Of a DNA stretch of 32,920 bases, positions 23,568 to 32,920 are shown piece by piece. A model generated the notes under the pieces. The model worked only from the letters and a program-made list of their open reading frames with translations, was not told the DNA's origin and searched no databases. The stretch is from Octopus bimaculoides (Eukaryota), in contig NC_068985.1 of assembly GCF_001194135.2 (NCBI RefSeq), positions 11,949,448 through 11,982,367 on the forward strand. Reading direction: 5' to 3'. How positions within the stretch are numbered: position 1 is the stretch's first letter; each line of letters starts with the position of its first letter. The position numbers and the translations under genes are program-made.

Positions 23568-24004
23568 TCACTCACTCACGCACACGCAAATAGAATCACA
23601 TATAAGCGCAAGCGCACATCCCTGTTTGTTGTTGTTGTTGGCATCCTTTGGTCTCAGGAGACAATGCAGTTGCGCATCTGGAGTGGCAAGTCGAAGTTTC
23701 CTCTCCAGTTTTGCGCAGGCCTGGGCTAGATCTTCGAAAATCCCGGGTAGCCCAATTGTCAGGATTCCTCTCTCGATCTTGCTGACGTAGTCCAAAGTAG
23801 TGCAGAGCATTACGTTTGGCACCAGCTTCGTTGCAGGAGCTGCCAGAAGAGTGTCGAATCGAGCATTAAACCGCATACGGGGCATCACTCCGGATTTCTC
23901 TAAAGTTTGTCTAATTTCCGTAACACTGGATAGGGGCCCATACTGGGTACTGCCAGCCGGAGCCAGCACAGCCCGGGACTCGTGTCAGGCAGGGTCGTCA
24001 CTCC
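23568..24004 (-). CDS. Putative exon/ORF of an unidentified protein in a GC-rich island
   Basis: One 60-nt line counted at 55% GC against an AT-rich background. Minus-strand acceptor ttttcttcactacttcAG/G at 24005-24006. Stop-free frame 23969-23568 with first ATG at 23885 (MPRMRFNARFDTLL...YVSKIERGILTIGLPGIFEDLAQACAKLERKLRL...). No family recognised; strand and frame uncertain. Confidence 0.4.
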
Positions 24005-24288
24005 CTGAAGTAGTGAAGAAAATTGCTTCCCACTACCTAATGTATACTTACATGAAAATTAGTGATCTACCAATCTCATACTACGTCTTATCTCAAAGAA
24101 AGAGCAGCCTGGTGAAGAACAGGTGTCTTTTGTGCCTAGTGTTACTCTTTGTTTGATTTTCCTTAATAACGTAAATGGTGTAAACTAGATGAATTTGATG
24201 AAGTATGTATATATGTAATACATTAGGAGTTTACTTGTCCGGTGAGTAATTTTGTGTGCCTGCAGTTTTAGCTATGTATATATACACA

Positions 24289-24336
<48 letters not shown>

Positions 24337-24532
24337 TATATATATATAGTTGCTATTATGCAAAAGTGTCGTAAGTCCAAAACGTTGCTTTCTCAGAAAA
24401 CGAAAAAATAGTTTCACCATTCCAATTCTTTTTACATTATCAACGGCTTCAGATGAACGATAATACTTTGTTGGGTGCATAAAATCGTAACTCTATGCAT
24501 GTATGATATTTTCAGTTAAAAATATGTTTGCC

Positions 24533-24854
24533 ACAAGGCATCACTGTTTGCTGGAAATAGCAGTCGATAACAGTACGACGCTATATAAAACATCACTGAA
24601 TATATACTGGCAAAGATTAAAAAAATTGTGTTACCTCGAGTAAGAACACAGGCTAGATGAACAACTTAGAATGAATAATCTAGTACTCGAGTTTCTGACT
24701 TTACTAATACGCCTATTATCGTAATTTTTTAAAATTTTGTGTTTGCTGGAGCTAGTTGATGATAACTAACCGAATGCCAGTATATATTCAGGGAAGCTTT
24801 ATATAGCGTCGTACTGTTATCGACTGCTATTTCCAGAACACATTGGTGCCTTGT
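24533..24854. repeat. Foldback: inverted repeats of about 80 bp (24533-24612 / 24775-24854) around a 162-bp spacer
   Basis: The core ctggaaatagcagtcgataacagtacgacgctatataaa is perfectly inverted, with near-matches on either side. Confidence 0.92.
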
Positions 24855-26318
24855 TGTACCACAATTCTCTATTAGCAATTCTCCCTTTGGTGCTCTACTG
24901 AGCCGGAAAATAATACTGTGGTATTGCAATGACATGACACTGTGGTTGGGCAGCAAGCGACAAACAGCACAGTGACGCCTGCACCTATTTCCTAAAACGT
25001 TAAAGACTTGTTAAGGATTACATCGGACCTTTCTCTTCAGTTCAGATATTTAGTTATGTTGATATACGACAATATGAAATGTCTGCTCACGAACATTAGT
25101 TTTGTATTTCATTCATTAATAGCTATTAAATCAAATATGCTGCATGTTCAAAATGTGTTAGATCCTTACGATAAAATTTCAAAACGTGTTACCCAAGCGA
25201 TGCCCGTCCCTCACATGCGCAGTAATTATTTGCTGCCAATAGATTAACGACTAGAATTTTTTTTTATATTTTGTTATTTTCTGTACTATATTTATGATTT
25301 CAAGAAGAAGTTTTCATGTTTTTAGCTTGGCAGCATATTATGAGTTAAATCCTAATGGATTTACAGAACTTGCTCGGATTGCAGATCTAATTATAAAGTT
25401 CACAGCAGAAGTTTTTATTTAAACAATGCTTGCTAAATTGTAGGTTGATTGTAATATTGGACTTCTATTGCGCCTAATAGTAGAAATAATTTACTACTAT
25501 ATTTATTGATCAAGTGACAAAAAAATTTCGTAGGGAGTGGCTAGTGTTTGTATCATGTGTTACAATAATGATATTCGCTTGTCTGAATTTTGCTTGTTTT
25601 TGTCTGTTATCACACATCACTTCCATGTTCTCATTATGTTGTGCATCGAACCGCATTCTTTCGGGGCTATGTTACTCGCTACTCACATATAATTTGATAT
25701 CATACATGGGACCATTACTAAGCAGCGAATGATCGCATATAACATTAACGTTATTAATTTTAACCAAAGGTCGCTTGCCGCAGTTGCAACAGATAAAAAC
25801 ACATATGAAGATCATATGAATCATATTTCTCACGAACGCTGTCAAATTATGCCATAGTGTCATACAAACAAACATCATTTCAACGATGGAATTACACATA
25901 TTCGTTTTCCTGACGACCATTTTATGCAGAAAGTTGGGTAATCAATTGAATTAGCTATATAAACGTATTGCTATGTGGTTTCTCATGTATGTATGTTTGT
26001 AAGCAATTGATACTTAAACAAGATTTAACTTTAACTGCCAAACGATGTCACTCAAATTCCGGCATGCTCTTCTACTCATGTAAACTCCGTTATCTCAAGG
26101 GACCTCACATGACATTTTTCGTTAAAGCAATCTTAAAATGTATTGTCAAAGGTATACTGATCAAACTAAATGTCGAAAATCTTTAAAAACACCCGAAACT
26201 ATGAAGAATCAATTGAATAGGGCAGGGGTCTCGATAGTTAGGTTCAGCTAGTGTATTTTGTGCTATATGTAATGTGTTGTATAAAAAAGATCAGCGCACA
26301 ATGCGCATAGACATATAT

Positions 26319-26410
<92 letters not shown>

Positions 26411-26590
26411 ATGTGTGTGTGTGTGCGGGTGTGTGTGTATATACACACAGGATGTCCCAGAATTAACTAGCTATTTTAGAGAAATTGGGCAAATTAAAAA
26501 AAAAATCTGACAGAACTTTTTTGCTAATTATGATAGCAAGACAATTTGGTTTATAAATATTGCGTTAGAATTTATAAAAGTATATTGCTG

Positions 26591-26597
26591 GATAGAT

Positions 26598-26636
<39 letters not shown>

Positions 26637-26652
26637 CAGACAGATGGACAGA
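26591..26652. repeat. (GATA)n/(GACA)n microsatellite
   Basis: Seen directly. Confidence 0.92.
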
Positions 26653-27124
26653 GAGATATACATTGAAGCATACGCACACATAATGTCTGGTGGAACTGAA
26701 TTGATACTGCAATATTTTCACATTTTCCCCTGACATGAGTGTGTGTGCGTGTGTGTGTGTGTTTGAGTGATTGTGCGGGCGCATGCATGCGCGTGTGTGT
26801 ACGTGTGTATATGCATATTCTTGTGAGACCTAGAACAATATCCAATAACCATGTTATTAAATTGTAATTAAGTGAAACTTGCATATAGAGAGTATGGAAA
26901 TATATCAAGTATCTAGTCATTCCTTCAAAATACTGAACGCTTTCCTGTATCCTTTGTAGTCCTGACTCATCAAATGTTATCACATACCTCCTAGCAATTG
27001 CTCCCAAATTTTGGAAAATTTGAAACGAAAAAAAAAAAAATGGGTATCTTCGATATTGTAGTTCAATGATTTATACAAAACATTATGCTTCTGAACTAAT
27101 ATATTTTGAAAGGAAAGCGGTGAT

Positions 27125-27305
27125 AGATCGCTAGCCACTACGCATTCTTTTTTTCCCTCTCCTTGTTTCTTTCTGTGTTCCTTTCTGTGGAAGAGCGTAG
27201 GTTCGAAACGTTAAGGAATTTTTCACTTCCCGAGTGTTAAACTAATACATCTGTTCGTTGTCTACACAACCTGTATCCGTCTTTTGTTTTTTTGTGAATT
27301 CTCCC
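27125..27305 (+). mobile_element. Penelope pseudo-LTR-like repeat with a variant hammerhead motif (27178-27218)
   Basis: Pyrimidine-rich leader, then ttcctt-t-CTG(tgg)AAGA-g cgtagg ttc-GAAACGTT-aaggaa: 6-bp stem I, ACGT palindrome and a 3-nt insertion in the core; ends in (TA)n. Confidence 0.55.
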
Positions 27306-28029
27306 TATATATATATANNNNNNNNNNNNNNNNNNNNNNNNNNNNNNNNNNNNNNNNNNNNNNNNNNNNNNNNNNNNNNNNNNNNNNNNNNNNNNNNNNN
27401 NNNNNNNNNNNNNNNNNNNNNNNNNNNNNNNNNNNNNNNNNNNNNNNNNNNNNNNNNNNNNNNNNNNNNNNNNNNNNNNNNNNNNNNNNNNNNNNNNNNN
27501 NNNNNNNNNNNNNNNNNNNNNNNNNNNNNNNNNNNNNNNNNNNNNNNNNNNNNNNNNNNNNNNNNNNNNNNNNNNNNNNNNNNNNNNNNNNNNNNNNNNN
27601 NNNNNNNNNNNNNNNNNNNNNNNNNNNNNNNNNNNNNNNNNNNNNNNNNNNNNNNNNNNNNNNNNNNNNNNNNNNNNNNNNNNNNNNNNNNNNNNNNNNN
27701 NNNNNNNNNNNNNNNNNNNNNNNNNNNNNNNNNNNNNNNNNNNNNNNNNNNNNNNNNNNNNNNNNNNNNNNNNNNNNNNNNNNNNNNNNNNNNNNNNNNN
27801 NNNNNNNNNNNNNNNNNNNNNNNNNNNNNNNNNNNNNNNNNNNNNNNNNNNNNNNNNNNNNNNNNNNNNNNNNNNNNNNNNNNNNNNNNNNNNNNNNNNN
27901 NNNNNNNNNNNNNNNNNNNNNNNNNNNNNNNNNNNNNNNNNNNNNNNNNNNNNNNNNNNNNNNNNNNNNNNNNNNNNNNNNNNNNNNNNNNNNNNNNNNN
28001 NNNNNNNNNNNNNNNNNNNNNNNNNNNNN

Positions 28030-28099
<70 letters not shown>

Positions 28100-29728
28100 C
28101 GCGTGTGTGTGTGTGTGTGTGTATGTGTGTGTGTGTGCGTGTGTGTGTGTGCTTGTGTGTGTGTGTGTGTATAATTAAATATTGGTCTTAAAACAAACAT
28201 TAAAATGTGTTAACGACTTCATATACGGTATAAAACCTACAACATACATCATATATAAATAAATATTACCACGGCTTCCATAATATATAAAAAAATATAT
28301 ATATATATAAGACATACATATATAGAAAACCACCGAAGGTTAAAAATATACATATATGCGAAAAAAAAAACATGTATAGGAACGTTTCATCATACATAAT
28401 ATTTTTCGTTGAACCATACATCTGATAATCTAGAAATCCTCCAACATGCGTGTGGCAACAACCTATGGCAGTCGTGTAAAAGCTTGAGGAAGCGTCGCGA
28501 GTGTGAATGATAAAGTATTTTATGTTCTAGGAATAGGATCATTAGTGGCTGTTTATTGCAATTTCTTCCGGAAAAATAAATTGTGATTGCACATTTTTTA
28601 AACAAATCCACAAATTAAAAAATTTAGTAACCGTACCGAAAATTTCCGTATTATTAATATAATGACAGATAGTTTCCTATCTTAATTTTAATTCAACGGG
28701 AATATGGAATAGACACAGCAACTCCATCTCTTCCTCACCACCAACGATTTTAGATAACGGAAAAGTATGAATTTTTAATTTCAATTTTTTTCTCCATACT
28801 ACTCGACGTTTTTCGCATGTAATTTCCTTACAAATATAATTTGAGTTTCTTCCATCGAGGACTAAAAGAAAATAGATAAATATAATGCATGAAGTAGCAC
28901 AAACGGAGTCCCTTTCACATAGAAATTATAAGAAGTGATATGTAACTCTACTGAGAAATATTTGGTGAAATACGTAGGGAGACTTTGTGGAATTACACTT
29001 TCATTGCCGTGAGGAGATTGAACAAACCCGGCGGTTTTGAAATAAAAAAAAAATAGTTTGAATATCTGTAAAATACAAAATATAGGAGCTGATAACTAAT
29101 TACCGCTAAAAGTTATTCGTATTCAAATAGATTATTTTATATTAAGTTCTGTATAAAATTATTCTCGATGAATTATTCTGCATTAAAATGCGTTGATGAC
29201 ATTATCTTACTGATATTTTTATCATAACTCGGGGAAATTAGTTCACGGCCGAGACCAGATGTAAATACGAAAAAAAAAATTAGGATTTCTTTCCTACTAA
29301 AAGTTGTATAAAACCATATGTCTCCGTTTATTGAAATTAGATGAAGCGTATTTCGTTTGAAATTACTTTTAAATTTATTAGTTATGTAGTAATGAAATGA
29401 TGTATAAAGAGCAATTTTAAGAAGTGGAGATAATATAAATATTTACTATATCGAGGTTGAAGATCTTTGAACTGGGCTGAGTGAGATCTTCGTCGCGTTT
29501 CAAAGAAAAACTGTCATATTTTTTAACTTTACTCTTTTTAATTGGTGGAGAACAAAAATATCTTGGGTGAAATTATCAAAATAAAACAATTAAAAAAAAA
29601 AAATAATAACCGCAGAAAAAATGATGGTAATATAATTATAGTTTCAAACATTTCTTCAGTAAATATTTTCTGAATTTGGAAGTAGGACCGCATTTGTGTA
29701 TGATTCAATTGCATGCAAAACGATGAAA

Positions 29729-30998
29729 TTTGGGGTTGCGAAAAAATTTTCCCAAAATTTATCTAAAAACAAAACAAAACAAAAACAAAACAGCTACAGC
29801 ATATTAATCAATATACTCTCCGTTGTTGTTTACGACTTCCTCCCATCGTTCATAAGGGATGCTCGGGGATAGAAATCTACCCGTCTTGTCTGAAAGTATT
29901 CGTCCAACCAAGCCCTGAATTCCATGTCATTATTGAACGATAGACCGTGGAAAGCGCTCGAAAGCTGTCGAAAGCGGTCGAAAAATCAGACGGTGCTCAG
30001 TCTGGAAAGTATAGCGGATGAGGCATCACATTCAGTTCGAGTTCTTCTATCACAGCTTTGGTCATATTAACGATGTCAGGACGAGCGTTGTCGTGTTGCA
30101 GAAGAACGCCATTTCGACTATTCGGTCTATTATGGTGAATTGTTTTGTTGAGTCGGTGGAGTTGTTGAACGTAAACCTCCGCATTGAGTGTTCGGTTGCC
30201 GTTAAGCAGTTCCTAATGAATTATGCCTTCTCAGTCCTGTTATACACACAACATAGACTTTTCAGGATGAAGATCTTATTTTGCTCGGAGATGAGCCATT
30301 CTTTACGCTGCTTGATATCGACGTAAAGGCACCGTTTTTCATCGCCAGTAACAATGGGCTAAAGAAAAGGCTGTTTGTGACCATGTGGCGAGTGATTTCG
30401 AGCGAGCAATCTGGTGTTAATTGTGGAGGGTTGATATTTGTTGTTTTCGATCAACATGTGTGTCAGCCAAGCGCCGAGTTTCTGAAACTTGCCATTGAGT
30501 GAAGGTGGTTCACCACAGTTTTTGATCACAATCCATCTGCTCTGCCAATTCTCTGGCTGTTTGACCTAGATTTTAGTGAAGAAGTTGGATCACTCGCTCT
30601 TCATGGAACACAACTGGTCGACCGGGTTGTGATTCATCCATGAGGTCAAAATCCCAATTTTTGAAGTGTGAAAAACCAACGGTGAGCAGGACTGTGAGGC
30701 ATTGCACCTTCTCTATGCACAGCGCAAATCTCACGGGCGTAACACTTCGATTAAATGCAAAAAGCAAATGGTGTCGTAAATATTCAGTTTTGTCCACTTG
30801 ACATTCCATTTTAATGATCTGAAATTACATAAAAATCGATAAAATAAAAAAATCAAAACATACTATCTTATAAAGCAAAATATTTTCTTTTAAATAGCAT
30901 AAAGCATTTTGCCACTGCGTTTTATTTCTGCGTGCATTTTTTAATTTGAAATCGAAAAAGAAAGAAAACACGCTCATGAATTATTCCCCAACCCAATA
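29729..30998 (-). mobile_element. Mariner DD34D transposon, near full-length (about 1.27 kb), defective
   Basis: 5' TIR on the minus strand TATTGGGTTGGGGAATAATTCATGAGCG ends at about 30998; a degenerate counterpart tttggggttgcgaaaaaatt lies at 29729; a transposase relic lies between them. Confidence 0.88.
29804..30809 (-). pseudogene. Mariner transposase pseudogene
   Basis: MECQVDKTEYLRHHLLFAFNR...GRPVVFHEER...HGHKQPFL*PIVTGDEK...QHDNARP...YFPD*APSDF...ERWEEVVNNNGEYID*. Exactly 34 residues between D2 and D3; many stops and frameshifts. Confidence 0.93.
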
Positions 30999-31182
30999 TA
31001 ATAACCCTTACTCAAATTTACGTTACTATGGAAACTATTTAAGAAAAAAAACGCCTCTGGTTATTTTGTAGTGAATGTTTTGTAAATGAAAACATGAAAT
31101 ATATATTTACTTGCCGGTTTACCATACCTACTACTATTTATGCGCAAATAATTTGGGACCAGTAAATTATGTTCAATTCTTT

Positions 31183-31494
31183 GCGCATGGCTCAGTGGTT
31201 AGAGAGTCGGGCTCTCGATAATGAGGTAGTGAATACGATACGCGGACCGTGTTCTTGAGCAAGACCCTTCATTTCACGTTGGTCCAGTTCACTCAGCTGT
31301 AGAAATGAGTTGCGACGTCAATATTACCAAGCTGTATCGGCCTTTGCCTTTCCCTTGGATAACATTGGAGGCGTGGAGAGGGGAGGCTGATATGCATGGG
31401 CGACTGCTGGTCTCCATAAAACAAACTTGCCCGGACTTATGACTCGGAGAGGAACATTCTAGGTGCTATCCCATTTTCATCCATGACCGATGGA
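31183..31494 (+). mobile_element. tRNA-derived SINE with CORE-like segment, longest copy
   Basis: A-box ggctcagtggttag, then gtgttcttgagcaagacccttcatttcacgttggtccagttcactcagctgtagaaatgagt (CORE-like) and a long 3' body. Confidence 0.8.
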
Positions 31495-31809
31495 TTTTTT
31501 TTTGTTACATATATCTACGACCGTATATATAATCATTATGTTTTGCAAGCTTTTTACAAAGTAACTGAACTCACTACCAGGAAAACATCTTGTTTGTATA
31601 CATCTGACCAAGCATATGCAATTTTTAACTCTTTTAATTATTGCGTCTCCAATCTCACACCCACCTGAAATCCCTTAAATTACTTTTCTTTTCCTTTTCA
31701 CACACGTTTCTCCTGCTCTCCTCTACCACACTTTTATTCTCTTCCTATTCCTGTCATATAAATAAAATATAGTTATTCAAGATATTCTGAATAAATAAAC
31801 AAATCTGTA

Positions 31810-32640
31810 AGCTAATATGTAAATTTCTAACGCTTTCGGAATCGTCCAGCTATCACAAAGATCTCTTGAGAATCATATTCGTACTTTAGACTCAGTGAAA
31901 TACGAAGCTGCTTATTTAATTCCAAGTGCTAAATAACAAACAAAATCGGTGAAGAAACTGTGTTACGAGCAGCGATTAAAATGTAAGAAATTATTCATTG
32001 AAGAACTATGGGGATAAATGCAGGAAATTTCTCTGAGATTTCTCAAATTTCAGAAACTGAGGATGACCAATCCAAGCAAAATTCTAACAATAGCACCAGT
32101 GCTTTATCATCGGGATATATACTTAGAAAATGGATCTCAGTGTGTAACTCTTTACATGCAGCCACCAACACGTTGGAACACACACTGATCTGCAACTACG
32201 ATATTATACAGTTGAAAGCCATAGCCGTTGGATCTTTCCTGCACAACCCCTCCTTAACTTCGTGCAATTATAATTTTCAGCATCAATCGTTTACTTACAA
32301 GTTATCAAGCATCGAACTACAAATAGCTAAGTATATTTAGATAGATTACTTCCGTAATCTATAGGTACACAAGTATCATCTCAACATTCACCTGCAAAAA
32401 TCCCAGCACAAATCACGTAAAGTATTTGAATTGTACGATGTATTGATTGCAAATCGTGCATATCTATATATGGTGGTGAAACAATGAGATGCTTCACACG
32501 TCATGATTGCTTTCCCAAGTACCTTAACAGTGTTCTGTAACAACTCCTTAGACAACACAATGCACACCATTTCAATACTATTTGTGACACCGATAACCAT
32601 TAAACGCTGTCTAGGTTTTCACACGAAACCGGGCATCAGA
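31810..32640 (+). mobile_element. Penelope-like retroelement relic with GIY-YIG endonuclease (Neptune-like)
   Basis: TFTC (about 32385), CIDCKSCISIYGGETMR (about 32439-32489) and AHHFN (about 32560-32576) match FTC..NVIYCI.C..C...YIGET.R...HFN. Weaker RT-thumb relics lie upstream. Confidence 0.72.
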
Positions 32641-32722
32641 CTGACATTTTTACTCATGCATCCACCTATATTTATGCACGCCTGCTTTTTTGCAGAATAA
32701 CCTTGCATACAGGTTATACATA

Positions 32723-32860
32723 GGCGCAGGACTAACCACAATGGTCCGGGTTCAGTCCCATTGCGCAGCACCTTGGGCAAGTGTTTTCTACAATAACCTC
32801 GGGCTAACCAATATCTTCCGAAGGGATTTGGCAGACAGAAACTGAAAGAACCCTGGCGTA
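32723..32860 (+). mobile_element. tRNA-derived SINE (OK/OR-like), internally deleted, with (TA)n tail
   Basis: ggcgcagg..aaccac..ggtccgggttcagtcccattgcgcagcaccttgggcaagtg..cctcgggc..ggcagacagaaactgaaagaaccc; same family as 16243. Confidence 0.85.
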
Positions 32861-32875
32861 TATATATAGATATAC

Positions 32876-32920
<45 letters not shown>

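Noticed and set aside
23780-23800. YVSKIERG resembling an XRE helix-turn-helix
   Set aside because: The helix 1-2 pattern and NPS turn are absent; an 8-residue match is not significant, and the context is eukaryotic.
25905-25945. CTGACGA...GAAA hammerhead-like spacing (similar chance hits at 4793, 17921, 19699, 29654)
   Set aside because: No stem I or stem III pairing, or no valid NUH triplet.
25900-27010. Possible rosa/maT-like transposon relics (SRDLT..FF..LK..KVY at about 26095-26160; caggatgtccc TIR-like at 26447)
   Set aside because: Motifs need several frameshifts and no partner TIR was found.
32008-32340. 110-aa ORF as a host gene
   Set aside because: Lies within the Penelope-like relic leading to the GIY-YIG motif; likely an off-frame open stretch.

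Overview
AT-rich, microsatellite-dense, repeat-dominated animal genomic DNA with five N-gaps. The SINE families resemble those I recall from octopus, so a cephalopod origin is inferred, not shown. No host gene can be named with confidence. The window is mostly decayed mobile DNA: a near full-length Tc1-type DD36E (Incomer-like) transposon, two DD34D mariners, a Tigger/pogo-like MITE, RTE and CR1 LINE relics, two Penelope-like elements (Naiad-like RT; Neptune-like GIY-YIG) and several tRNA-derived SINEs. The most notable unexplained signal is a set of six hammerhead-ribozyme (HHR) motifs in differing repeat contexts. The best has an intact core and sits inside a 265-bp unit bounded by 42-bp inverted repeats (16440-16704). 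There is also a GC-rich, exon-like island with an unidentified ORF (about 23570-24004), a 320-bp foldback, and two short local duplications. Most ORF-track entries are microsatellite or N-gap artefacts. Family assignments come from motifs read by eye and remembered consensus sequences, not from database searches.
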